From assembly GCF_009914755.1 (NCBI RefSeq), contig NC_060929.1: a stretch of 64,000 bases of DNA; one strand, written 5' to 3'. Numbering within the stretch: position 1 is the first letter of the stretch; each line of letters begins with the position of its first letter. The notes beneath the pieces are model-generated. The model searched no databases and was not told where the DNA came from. It saw only the letters and a program-made list of their open reading frames with translations. The stretch comes from the human T2T-CHM13v2.0 reference genome, Homo sapiens. The position numbers and the translations under genes are program-made. Below are positions 30,220 through 45,634 of this stretch, in pieces.

Positions 30220-30294
30220 GGCCTTGCACAGTAGCTCATGCCTGTAATCCTAGCACTTCAGGAAGCTGAGGTGAGTGGATCACTTGAGCCCAGG
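30220..30294 (+). mobile_element. Alu/FLAM left-monomer fragment
   Basis: GGCC...GCTCATGCCTGTAATCCTAGCAC...GGATCACTTGAGCCCAGG, cut off and joined to L1 ORF2. Confidence 0.85.
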
Positions 30295-30375
30295 CTCTTT
30301 GAAAGATCAATATAATTGAAAAAAACTTTACCTGGACTGATCAAAAATAAAAAAAGAGAAAAGACTCAAATGCCC

Positions 30376-30666
30376 TTATATGGTTTGCCTGTGTCCCCAC
30401 ACAAAATCTCATCTTGAATTATAATCCTCATAATCCCCACGTGGTAAGGGCAGGACCAGGCGGAGATAATTGAATCATGGGAGCAGTTTCCTCCATGCTG
30501 TTCTTGTGGTAGTGAGTGAGTTCTTATGAGATCTGATGGTTTTAAAAGGGGCTCTTCCTCAGTTTTGCTGGGCACTTCTCCTTCCTACCATCTTGTGAAG
30601 AAGGTGCCTTACCTTCTCTTTGCCTTCTGCCCTGATTGTGTTTTCTGGTGCCTCCCCAGCCATGCT
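30376..30666 (+). mobile_element. THE1C-like LTR, 3'-truncated
   Basis: TTATATGGTTTGCCTGTGTCCCCAC...TAATTGAATCATGG...CCTCCCCAGCCATGCT. Confidence 0.85.
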
Positions 30667-31013
30667 AAAAAATAACAAGAGTCAGCTTTAGTCCAGTTCC
30701 CAACAAGTTCCTTATCTCCATCTGAGATCACCTCATACCGGATTTCATTGTCCATATTATTATCAGCATTTTGGTCAAAGCCATTCAACAAGTCTCCAGG
30801 GAGTTTCAAAGTTTCTCACGTTTTCCTGTCTACTTCCGAGCCCTCCAAACTGTTCCCACCTCTGCCTGTCACCCAGTTCCGAAGTCGCTTCCACATTTTC
30901 GGGTAGCTTTTCAGCAGCACCCCACCCTACTGGTACCAATTTACTGTATTGTATGGGAATTATAGGAGCTACAAAATGAGACTTGGGTGGGGACACAGAG
31001 CCAAATCATATCA
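30663..31013 (-). mobile_element. THE1 internal 5' fragment plus collapsed THE1B-like 5' LTR
   Basis: 30663-30950 matches THE1-int at 19937-20224 of this window. 30951-31013 is the reverse complement of an LTR start (...GGGGACACAGAGCCAAATCATATCA). Confidence 0.85.
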
Positions 31014-31280
31014 TTGTATGATTTACTTCACGTAAAATGTCCAAAACAGGCCAATCTGTATAAGCAGAAAGTAGGTTACTCTTTAACTCTAACTGGTGGG
31101 CTTAGGGTGAAATGGGAGTGACTGCTAATGGGTATGAGGTTCTTTTGGGGAGTGATAAAAACATCCTAAAATTAGATAGTAGTACTGGTTGCCTCACTGT
31201 GAATATAGTAAAAACAACAGAATTGCACACTTTAATGTATTTAGCTTTATAATATATGAATCATATCTCATTGAAATTTA
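31014..31280 (+). mobile_element. L1MB-type 3'UTR fragment
   Basis: GAGTGACTGCTAATGGGTATGAGGTTCTTTTGGGGAGTGATAAAAA...TGTGAATATA. Confidence 0.85.
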
Positions 31281-31369
31281 GAAAATCACAGAGAAAAAAC
31301 ACTGAAATGGTCAGGAAAAAGATACGTTATACAGAGAAACCCAATGATAAGAATGAGAGCTGATGTTTC

Positions 31370-33535
31370 TTTTAAACTTTATTTTTTGTAAAGCAGTGTC
31401 TGGTTCACACCAAAACTGAGAGGGAGGTACAGAGATATTCCACATAATCCTTGACCCCATGCACACATACCCTCTCTCATTATCAACATCCCTTACCAAA
31501 GTAGTACATTTACTACAGTTGATTAACCCACATCGACATATCAATACCACTCACAGTCCACATTTTACATAGGGGCTAACACCTGGTGTACATCCTATGG
31601 AGTTGGACAAATGCATAATGACATGTATTCACCAATATAGTATCATTTATTTTTCAGTGACCTAAAAGCCCTCTGTACTCTACCTATTTATTCTTTCTGC
31701 TCTCATAACCCCTGGGAAGCACTCATCTTTTCACTGTCTCCATAGTTTCGCCTTTTCCAGAATGTTATATAGTTGGAATCATACAATATGTAGCCATTTC
31801 AGATTGAGTTTTTTTCGCTTAGTAATATGCATTTAATTTCTCTCTGTCTTATTGATGAAGCTGCTATAGACACCTGTGTTGTGCAGGTTTTTATATGGAC
31901 ACAGTTTACAGCTCCTTTGGGTAAAGGAATGAGATTGTTGGATCACATGGTAAAAGTATATTTACTTTTGTAACGAAGTGCAATAGTGTCTTCTGAAGCA
32001 AGTGTGCTACTTTGCAATCCTACCAGCAGTAAATGAGTGTTCCTGCATACTGGCTGGCATTTTTTGTTTCCAGTGTTCTGGATTTTGGCCATTTTAATAC
32101 TGATATTTAATTTGTATTTATCTGAAGACATATGTTGTGGACCATCTTTTATTATGTTTATTTGTCATCTCTATATATTCCTTGATAAAGTATCTGTTCA
32201 GGTCTTTTGCCTATTTTTAAAATAGGTTGTTCATTTTCTTACTATTGAGATTTCAGTGTTCTCTGTTCATTTTGGATAGCAGTCTTTATAAGATATGTCT
32301 GCAAATATTTTCTCCCAGTCTGTGTCTTGTCTTTTTATTCTCTTAACAGTGTCTTTTGCAGAGCACAGATTTTTAATTTTAACAACGTCAGCTTGTCAAG
32401 TTGTTCTTTCGTGCATTGTGCTTTTGCATCGTGTCTAAAAGTCATCGCCATGCCCAGGGTCATCTAGGTTTTCTCCTGTTACATTCCAGAAATTTTACAG
32501 TTTTGATTTTTCCATTTATGTCTGTGATCCATTCAGAATTAACTTTTGTGAATGGTGTAAGGTATCTTTTCAGACTGATTTTTTTTAAATAAGGATATTC
32601 AGTTTTTTCAGCACCATTTGTTGAAGGCTATCTTCTCTATATTGTATTGACTTTACTCCTTTGTCAAAGACCTGTTGACTATATTTGTGTGGGCCTATTT
32701 CTGGGATTTCTATTCTGTTCCATTTATCTACTTGTCTATTCCTTTATCACTAGCACACTGTCTTGATTATTAAGCTTTATTGTAATCTTGGAGTCAGGTA
32801 GAATCAGTCTTCTTACTTGGTTCTTTTCCTTCAATAATGTGTTGGCTATTCTGGGTCTTTTGTCTCTATATTTAAGATTCATATCAATTTATACCTCCAG
32901 ATATTTTGGGGGGGGCATTTTGATTGGGATCGTATTGAATCTGTATATCATGTTGAGGAGAACTGCATCTTGACAATATTGAGTCTTCCAATCCATGAAC
33001 ATGGGATATCTCTTCATACGTTTAGTTCTTTGATTTTTTGTACTCAAGTTTTGTAACTTTCCTTGTATAAATCTTGTGCATATTTTGTTAGATTTATACC
33101 TGAGTATTTCCTTTCGAGGGCTGTTAATGTAAATAATATCATCTCTTTAATTTCAAATTCCACATTTTCATTGCTAATATATAGAAAATTGATTGACTTT
33201 TGTATATTAATCTTGTATCCTGCAGCCTTGCTATAAACACTAGTTCCAAGATTTTTTTGATTGTTTATTCTTACAGATTTTCTACCAAACAGTCACGTCC
33301 ACTGTGGGAAAAAAATACAGTTTTATTTTTTTCTACCCAATCTGCATACCCTTTATTTTTTTTTCTTTGCATTAGTTAGTACGTCCAGTAGAATGCTGAA
33401 AAGGAATGTTGAGAGGAGATATCCTTGTCTTGTTTCTAATCTTAGTAGGAAAGGTAATAGTTTCTTACTTTTAGGTATGATGGTAGCTCTAGAATCTTTG
33501 TAGATATTCTCTATAAAGTTGAGGAAGTTGCCCTC
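31370..33535 (-). mobile_element. L1MC/L1MD element (3'UTR plus ORF2 3' part)
   Basis: 3' end GGTTCACACCAAAACTGAG...GTACAGAGA...ATCAACATCC followed by antisense ORF2. Confidence 0.85.
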
Positions 33536-34060
33536 CATGACAGATGATATTTTATCAGAAAAATTCATTCAAGGAAATGTATTTTCAACCTCCTAGAGAG
33601 TGATTTCAGTAAATGTAACTCAGCACATACTCTGGATTCTAACCAGTAAATTTCTTTTTCCTTTGGGGAAAGTAGTGAAGATATGAAGAAAAATGGAATA
33701 GATATTTTCAATGCTTCCTTTTCTTCATTATTTACAAATACAATTAACTAAGAAAGCACATGAGTGGATGCTTTAAGTTTTAGGGTACATGTGCACAAAG
33801 TGCAGGTTAGTTACATATGTATACATGTGCTATGTTGGTGTGCTGCACCCATTAACTCATCATTTAACATTAGGTATATCTCCTAATGCTATCCCTCCCC
33901 CCTCCCCCCTATCCCATAACAGGCCCCAGTGTGTGATGTTCCCCTTCCTGTGTCCATGTGTTTTCATTGTTCAATTCTCACCTATGAGTGAGAACAGGCG
34001 GTGTTTGGTTTTTAATCTTTTTACATTTTAAAGAACTTGTTCTGTTGCTGAACTCATCAC

Positions 34061-36994
<2,934 letters not shown>

Positions 36995-37042
36995 TTATTT
37001 TGCTTGTTAGTTGGTGCAGTTTCTTCCTAGCCTCGATGATCT

Positions 37043-38052
37043 TTACAATTTGGCATGTTTTTGCAGTGGCTGGTACCATTTGTTCCTTTCCATGTTTAGT
37101 GCTTCCTTCAGGAGCTCTTGTAAGGCAGGCTTGGTGGTGACACAATCTCTCTGCATTTGCTTGTCTGTGAAGTATTTTATTTCTCCTTCACTTATGAAGC
37201 TTAGTTTGGCTGGATATAAAATTCTGGGTTGAAAATTCTTTTCTTTAAGAGTGTTGAATATTGGCCCCCACTCTCTTCTGGCTTGTAGAGTTTCTGTGGA
37301 GAGATCAGCTGTTAGTCTGATGGGCTTCCCTTTGTGGGTAACCTGACCTTTCTCTCTGGATGCCCTTAACATTTTTTCCTTCTTTTCAACTTTGGTGAAT
37401 CTGACAATTATGTGTCTTGGAGTTGCTCTTCTTGAGGAGTATCTTTGTGGCATTCTCTGTATTTCCTGAATTTGAATGTTGGCCTGCCTTGCTAGATTGG
37501 AGAAGTTCTCCTGGATGATATCCTGCAGAGTGTTTTCCAACTTGGTTCCATTCTCCCTGTCACTTTCAGGTGCACCAATCAGATGTAGATTTGATCTTTT
37601 CACATAATCCCATATTTCTTGGAGGCTTTGTTCATTTCTTTTTATTCTTTTTTCTCTAAACTTTTCTTCTAGCTTCATTTCATTCATTTGATCTTCCATC
37701 ACTGATACCCATTCTTCCAGTTGATCGAATCAGCTACTGAGGCTTGTGCATTTGTCACGTAGTTCTTGTGCCTTGGTTTTCAGCTCCATCAGGTCCTTTA
37801 AGGACTTCTCTGCATTGGTTATTCTAGTTAGCCATTCATCTAATTTTTTTTTCAAGGTTTTTTACTTCTTTGCCATGGGTTCGAACTTCCTTTAGCTCGG
37901 AGTAGTTTGATTGTCTGAAGGGCTTCTTCTCTCGACTTGTCAAAGTCACTCTCCATCCGTTCCATTGCTGGTAAGGAGCTGTGTTCCTTTGGAGGAGAAG
38001 AGGTGCTCTGATTTTTAGAGTTTCCAGTTTTTCTGCTCTGTTTTTTCCCCAT
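37043..38052 (-). pseudogene. Frameshifted L1 ORF1
   Basis: MGKKQSRKTGNSK start (37852-38052) and a 219-aa C-terminal part (37043-37702). Confidence 0.93.
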
Positions 38053-38627
38053 TTTTGTGGTTTTATCTACCTTTGGTCTTTGATGATTGTGACTTACAGT
38101 TGGGTTTTTGGTTTGGATGTCCTTTCTGTTTGTTAGTTTTCCTTCTAACAGTCAGGACCCTCAGCTGCAGGTCTGTTGGAGTTTGCTGGAGGTCCACTCT
38201 ATAACCTGTTTGCCTGGGTGTCAGCAGTGGAGGCTGCAGAACAGCAGATATTGGTGAACAACAAACGTTGCTGCCTGATCATTCCTCTGGAAGTTTTGTC
38301 TCAGAGGAGTACCCGGCCGTGTGAGGTGTCAGTCTGCCCATACTGGGGGTTGCTTCCCAGTTAGGCTACTCAGGGGTCAGGGACCCACTTGAGGAGGCAG
38401 TCTGTCCATTCTCATATCTCAAGCTGCATGCTGGGAGAACCACTACTCTCTTCAAAACAGTCAGACAGGAACATTTAAGTCTGCAAAGGATTCTGCTGCC
38501 TTTTGTTTGGCTATGTCCTGCCCCCAGAGGTGGAGTCTTCAGAGGCAGGCAGGCCTCCTTGAGCTGTGGTGGGCTCCACCCAGTTTGAGCTTCCTCACTG
38601 CTTTGTTTACCTACTCAAGCCTTGGCA

Positions 38628-38810
38628 ATGGCGGGCACCCCTCCCCCAGCCTCGCTGCTGCCTTGCAGCTTGATCTCAGACTGCTGTGCTAGCAATGAGC
38701 AGGGCTCCGTGGGTGTAGGACCCTCCGAGCCACGCATGGGATATAATCTCCTGGTGTGCCATTTGCTAAGACCATTGGGAAAGTGCAGTATTAGGGTGGG
38801 AGTGACCTGA
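38628..38810 (+). pseudogene. L1 ORF0 homologue, 60 codons, ended early by CGA>TGA
   Basis: MAGTPPPASLLPCSLISDCCASN... is antisense to the L1 5'UTR and retains the GCAATGG Kozak context. Confidence 0.8.
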
Positions 38811-39638
38811 TTTTCCAGGTGCCATCTGTCACCCCTTTCTTTGACTAGGAAAGGGAATTCCCTGACCCCTTGCACTTCCCAGGTGAGGTGATGCCTTGCC
38901 CTGCTTCAGCTCACACTCGGTGCACTGCACCCACTCTCCTGCACCCACTTTTCGACACTCCCCAGTGAGATGAACCCGGTACCTCAGTTGGAAATGCAGA
39001 AATCACCTGTCTTCTGTGTCACTCATGCTGGGAACTGTAGACTAGAGCTGTGTCTATTTGGGCATCTTGGCTCCACCTGATAAAGATTTCTATCTTAAGA
39101 TTAACTTAAGAGGGACATACATTTCAAATGTTGAAATTCAGAGTGGAGATTTAATTTTATGAAAATATAAACAATTGTTAATCATTAAAGTTGAAATTGT
39201 TATAAAAAAGAAAAACCTCATGAAATTCTGCTGTTTGTCACTAAAATGGAAAATGCTTTTCTTTTGAAGACATATTCAAAATTTCCAGGTCAATTTCTAT
39301 AAAAATTGGTAATGGTAATCAAGAAAGTCATTTTAGTGAATTCTTAGAGTGATTTGTTTCATAGTGTTGCTTTTCAATAATAAGGATGTATTGCTTCCCT
39401 CTAATTAAATATTGAGTGCTTTTTAGTCAGACTATGAAATCTCATAACTGTGCTTTCTGTCGTGTATCAACAGAACGAAACATCAATAACTTAATTTTTA
39501 CCTTCTATTTCTTCATGTCTACTTTCTAACATTATGCTCAGCTGAGAGTTTCAGAAACTATGAGTACATCGTGAGTGGCTTCCTAATGTCAGAAGTATAG
39601 GTTTAATCTAAAAGTATGCTCAAATCATCTATATAAAG

Positions 39639-39971
39639 ATTTTATTTTATTTTATTTTATTTTATTTTATTTTATTTTATTTTATTTATTTTGAGACAGA
39701 ATGTCGCTCTGTTGCCCAGGCTGTAGTGCAGTGGTGCTATGTCAGCTTACTATAACCTCTGCCTCCTGGGTTCAAGTGGTTCTGCTACCTCAGCCTCCCG
39801 AGTAGCTGGGATTACAGGCACCACCATACCTAGCTAATTTTTGTATTTTTACCAGACATGGGGTTTCACCATGTTGGCCAAGGTGGTCTCGAACTCCTGA
39901 CTACAGGTGATCTGCCTGCTATGGCCTCCCAAAGTGCTGGGATTAACAGGTGTGAGCCACTGAGTCCAGCC
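39639..39971 (-). mobile_element. AluS with (ATTTT)n tail
   Basis: Dimeric Alu on the minus strand (GAGACAG...CCTCCCAAAGTGCTGGGATTA...CAGCC). The pentanucleotide tail spans 39639-39692. Confidence 0.95.
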
Positions 39972-40374
39972 TTATGTGAAGACCGTAATATTTAAAAATG
40001 ATATTTAATGTTTAATTTTGTTTCATTTCTCCTTTTGTCCATCTCAACCATTATTCACTCTGCAACTGTGACTATAATTCTTTTTCTAGCAGGCAAATCT
40101 GATGATAGCACTTCGGGGCTGATTTGCTTGCACATATCCCCCATAGACCCATAGATCCCTTACCAGGAGTCTTCAAGATCTTCCTTTTATTTCTCCCCTT
40201 CTTTACCTAACCTTCAGTAGTGATGAATTGCTTACATTTTCCTGAAACTACATATGACTATTCGATTCTAAGATTTTCTAGAAGTGATAACTACATTCCG
40301 GAATACATTTTTTTTCTTCTCTTGAGTTAATCCCTACTTGTTGCCATCTTCAATAAGACTCCCCTTGTTTCCTC

Positions 40375-40692
40375 TCATTCTTTAAGTGTCAAGTATTTAT
40401 TTGAGACCCTGTTACGTGCAAGGGGCTTCCAAAAGCATTGGGGTTTCAGCAGAGAACAAGACAAAGTTTCTGCACTTAATGATTCTCGCATCCTGAAATA
40501 AAGGGGTTAGTATACCCTTAACATAATACTGAACTCTATCGTATTTTAATTATGTTTCTTTTTCCTCTCCCCTAGTAGATAGTAACCTTATTGAAAATGT
40601 AGGCTGTGCCTTACTTGTCATTTTGTTTTACTGCATTTGTCTCAGTAACTAGCACAAATAGAAACTCATTAAAGGTTTATGAGTGAATAAAC
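40375..40692. mobile_element. L2 fragments in both orientations
   Basis: AAGTATTTATTTGAG...GAACAAGACAAAG (-) and an L2 3' end ...CTAGCAC...TGAGTGAATAAA (+). Confidence 0.6.
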
Positions 40693-40929
40693 AGATATCT
40701 CAATGCTCTCTCTCCAGCCACGCAGTGAAATAACAGTCTTATGGGAAATTAGCAGTACCTGTGTCTAGTGATAAGCAGCACAGTATATTCTGAGGCAGCA
40801 AATTGTATCAGTGTAGAACTCTACTTGTCAGAAAATTTTGAAATTAAACCTACTGTACCTCAAATCTGTCTTGTTATAGGTTAATAGTTGTAGTTGTAAA
40901 AAAAAAAGAAAACAAAATGACTAAAAATT

Positions 40930-41110
40930 ATTAGATATTTACAGTGGTAAGCTATTTAACATATGTGATTCACTTGATTCCTTCAGGAACCCTAAGAAAG
41001 TAGGACTATTATTATTATTTCTATATATAGATAGATTGTAAAACAAAGGCAAAAAGAGGTCAAGTTACTTGTGCAATACATTTAGTTAAGTGTTAGAGCT
41101 GGTTGGCAAA
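40930..41110 (-). mobile_element. MIR fragment
   Basis: CCTAAGAAAGTAGG...TATTATTATT...AGAGGTCAAGTTACTTG. Confidence 0.65.
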
Positions 41111-41189
41111 CCTGACATGCATCATATCCTGGGTAATTGACTTCTTTTATTATGTATTTGAAATAGGACTACACTGTGAATGATACAAT

Positions 41190-41330
41190 ACTTTGCCACT
41201 TACTAGCTGAGTGAATGAGTTAACTCCATTCCATAGTTTCTTCATCTACACATGGATGTGGCACGGGAATTAAATTATACAGCCTATTGGAAACACTTGG
41301 CACAGTACTTCCCAAATAGTAAATATTCTC
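41190..41330 (+). mobile_element. MIR fragment
   Basis: GCCACTTACTAGCTGAGTGA...AGTTTCTTCATCTA. Confidence 0.65.
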
Positions 41331-43850
41331 CATGTATTTCTATGTTGTTGTGCAAAAGTAGCCATATGGGTAATACTTTCCACTCCAAAGTAACAGCTAT
41401 TTTTCTCCTAACATGAGTCACTTCAATGTTATTACTTTAAAGATATATAAAACTCTTAATAGTGAACTTCTTGCAAGAAAACAACTTATTTGTTCATTGA
41501 CCACTGTTTTCATCATCTTCTTTCACCAACTTTACACAGTGGCTAGGGCAAAGTAGTTGTTCAATTAAATGCTTTTGGTTGGATAAATAGAACAAACACG
41601 GATGCTTATTCAAACTAAGATTTCATGTAAGTCTACTATCAATTTACCTTAATTATTTACAAAAATCTTAAAAATGAGGGAAGTGGTAAAACTTACAGAA
41701 AAAACTACCGTTACTAAATAAAAATTGAGCTTATGTGTCCATGCCAGCAAACTGGCAATGTATTCTTAAAACAAACTTATATAAACTCCTGCTATAAAAT
41801 ATATACATTAAGCATAACATAACTAAAAGCCACATATCCTGAGGTATTGCCCTTGCAAGTAAGCTCTTGACTGTACTATCTGTGGCATTTCTGGGGGCAA
41901 TCATGTTCTAACCAAAGATTATTTTTATATTTATCAAAACCAGATGATCTTTCCAATAAAATAAGTATAGTAATATTGTAATTTTCACACTTTGTCAGAA
42001 AAAAAAAACATAATTTTTCAGTCATTATTGGAGGCAAATAATGCCCTTTGAAACAACAGCTATACATGTGGAATTCTATTTAGTGATTTAATAGAGATTT
42101 CGTGTGAAGTCTTCAATTTCATGATGCAGCAAATTCAAATGCAAAGTGGCATGAAAGAAGGTCAACTTTGTAGAAATAAGTCAAAGAACCTCTTCAGATC
42201 TAGTTCAGAACATTCTCCTAATTATAAGACTCTTCACTTCTCAAAAGTTCTCTGAAATGAATTTGTAAAATCAATACATCTATTTGTGTTTGAATTCTTC
42301 ATCGTACATCATGATTCATGACCGTATTTTTCATATAGATTCAAGAAACTCCTCTCAAAATGCTTTAGATCTATGTGCAGATCAAATAAGCCTAACCTCA
42401 ACATTGTCAGTATTCTTCTATACAGAGAACAGAGTTAATGTACTTTACAGAAAACACATAGCACTAAAGCTGCAGAGAAGAAGGAAACAGGCAGTATAAA
42501 GTAGAAAATGCAAATAAAGTTATGTGCTAAGGATGTTGCACTGAGTACAAAGCAATTTGGTAAAGGAGTGGGTTCAAACAAGTAATAAAGAGAGCTACAC
42601 ACAACAGATAAAGATTTTAAATTTTGGTTTTGAGAAAAGAAACTTGGCTGTGAAAAGACTGTAGAGACAGGATTCATCCTGAAAGACAGAAACTCTGTGT
42701 TAGCAGGTATAATTACCATATATCCAAAATAATCAAAATTATTCACTGATTTATCTCTCCATGTGGAAATATCACATCCAGAAACAGAACAAAATAGAAA
42801 ATTAGGAAATTTAAAATAAATTTGCATTCTGTTTTTGCCATATTGGAGGTGAAGTAGAGATCAGACTATGAAGTTTAAGGTATCTTGTAGTAGAAAAAAT
42901 AGGATTAAACAGAGAGGACTCATAAATGGTGGTAAAACTTATTTGGGGGTAATCTGAGAATAAGAGTGATAATACTGGACAACACATTAAAATGAGTAGG
43001 AAGGCTCTAATGGAAAACATCTGGGGACATCTGGTAAATAAGTGAAGTAGTACAGGTTTCCTATGTTGCTTGACATGTTAAATGCATAGACATACTTGGC
43101 AGAATATAATGATGAGACTGAACATATTCAATAGAAAGAAAGGGAATACTCCAGAAACCAGAAAAAAAAGAAAGAAATTGAATTTGATGTAAGTATTGAA
43201 ATTAACGCTAAACAATTCATAATACATTGTGCTTGAGAGCTCTGGGAACTGGAATTTTAAAGCCCAAGTAAAAATTGAGATGAGGGCTAAACCTTTGAGA
43301 GATTGGGGACTTGGAACTTTGCTACATGCATAAATCCAAGAGCTAAAAGATTTGTCGAACCAAAAAAACAAAAACAAAAACAAACAAGCAAAGCAACATT
43401 GACTAGAAAACCTCGATTTCTCAGTTTAGAGACAATCTAGAAAGTCTACCTGGACCAGGAGATGAAAATCAGAAACCTAACTGTGTGTCATCACTGGTAT
43501 AACCTTAAAATTCATACTAGTTATGAAGAAAAAAAAAAACCCAAATCAGTAGCTCATTATAATACTGTTCCTGAACCAGAAACATCTGTGGAGCCTCAGA
43601 AGCAGCAAAGATACTAATCTCCCAATAGGAAAATGGTGAAAAAAAAAAATATATATATACATATATATATATAAACAAAGTGTAAAGTTTAAAGAAAGTC
43701 AAGAAAAATCTGAATTAAAATTAATAGTGGAGAATGGTGTTAAAGATGAAGGATTCATTAGAGTGGTAGGATTCAATTTTCCATGGAAAAAGAGCCCTCA
43801 AAGGAAACAGCCTTTGATGAAAATGAACTCACAGTAAACATTTTTTAAAG

Positions 43851-43902
<52 letters not shown>
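43851..43902. repeat. Compound (TC)n(TA)n microsatellite
   Basis: Direct reading. Confidence 0.95.
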
Positions 43903-43908
<6 letters not shown>

Positions 43909-44044
43909 CAATGAAGCAGTGAAAGAATAGCAGCAACAAAACCAAAATGTATTTATAAAGAACTCAAGATAGTGAAATTATTTGAAAAAAATTTGCAAAA
44001 AATCATGGAAAATATTTAGAGACCAGAAAAAGTATGATATACTA

Positions 44045-44668
44045 CAGTCAGCCCTCAGTAACAGCAGGTTCTGCATATAGGGATTCAACCAACCATGGCT
44101 CAAAAATATTTGAAAATAAAACAAAAAAAAATCAATACAATAAGAAATAGGCTGGGTGCTGTGGCCCATGCCTATAATCCCAGCACATTGGTAGGCTGGG
44201 ATAGGAGAGTCACTTGAGCTCAGGTGTTCAAGACCAGCCTGGGGAGACCCACTCTCTACAAAAATAAATTTAAAAACTCAGCCAGGCGTGATGGTGCACA
44301 CCTATGGTCCCAGCTGCTTGAGAGGCTGAGGTGGGAGGATCACTTGGGCCTAGAAGGTCACAGCTGCAGTGAGCTTTGTTTGTACCACTGCACTCCAGCC
44401 TGGGCAACAGAGTGAGACCCTCTCTCAAAAATAAATATAATAAATATAATACGAATTTTAAAATATAGTCTAACAATTATTTATGTAGCATTTATACTGC
44501 ATTAGGTATTATAAATAATCTAGAGATGATTTAAAGTATGCAAGAGGATGTGCATAGTTTATGTGAAATTATTATGCTATTTTCCATAAGTGACCTGAGT
44601 ATTCGCAGATTTTGTTGTCTGTGGAGGTTCTGGGACCAATCCCCCTTGCATATTATAAGACCACCATA
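44045..44668. mobile_element. MER2 (TcMar-Tigger MITE) interrupted by AluJ
   Basis: Termini TA|CAGTCAGCCCTC...GGATTCAACCAACC and ...GGACCAATCCCCC. Confidence 0.8.
44150..44445 (+). mobile_element. AluJ
   Basis: CACTTGAGCTCAGG and GGAGGATCACTTG...GCTGCAGTGAGC are J-type diagnostics. A-rich tail present. Confidence 0.93.
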
Positions 44669-45634
44669 TATAAAAATATAGGTAGATTTCAAAACAACAA
44701 ACACATAGAAGGCCCCAAAATAAAAAAAGACAGACTTGAAAATTACAGCAGAAAGATCCACAGAAGCATAGAAAATTACTGAATTGAAAAATGGTTTTCA
44801 GTACTATCAGCGTATGAATAGCATGAATTCTAGATTAGAATAGAAAGAACAGAGCAGAATCAATGTTATGAGTGATAATAGATGAGAATTTTGAAGGAGC
44901 ATACTATGCCTGGAATGGAAATATAAAACACATTCTGATTTAGACTTAGCACACTGAAACTACAAAAATCTAAAGACAAAATGAGAAATTTGTAAAGACC
45001 TACTAGAAAATAAACCCATGTACAATGAAGCAATAATTATACTGACAGCCGATCTCTTGTTAGTAATAATAGCAGAAACAAACAATTGCCTAAACAATAT
45101 TTTAATATTGTTAAAATAGAGCAGAGAAATATTTAAACTAGGATAATATACCTGGAAATAGTATCTTTCAATATTGAGAGTAAATAAATACATTTTCTGA
45201 CATGCAAAGAGTTTGCTACTTATTCATTCCTGCTTAATGAATTACCAAACGATGCACTTTGGCCAAAATGAAATTGAACTCTGAATGAATAAGTGGGAAA
45301 AGAGTAATGGAGAGTGAAGAGAGTGGTAAATATGTTGATAAATCCAAAGATGTATTTATTGAAATATGTCTCTAACTTGAAATGACGTGGGAGTTAAAAG
45401 CAAGGTTGAAATAAAACAGTATAAAAATGAGAAGAAGGGTGAGATGTTCAGTGTTAAGACATTCTAAAACACCAACAGGTTTAAATTTAAAAATAAAAAA
45501 TTGGAGAGTAAAAGGAGAAACCAATCATGGGGAAAGTACAAAAGTATAGATTTTATTGGAATGTGTCAGAATATCAGAGGAACAACGGGAAACGGAATCA
45601 AGTAGCAACAATTTTCTAGGAGGTTATTGGGTAC

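Larger units (their letters stand above)
43200..45450 (+). mobile_element. Ancient L1ME 5'/ORF1 region, interrupted by an STR, MER2 and an Alu
   Basis: Decayed ORF1 phrases (CTGACAGCCGATCTCTT..., CATTTTCTGACATGCAAAGA). Confidence 0.5.
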
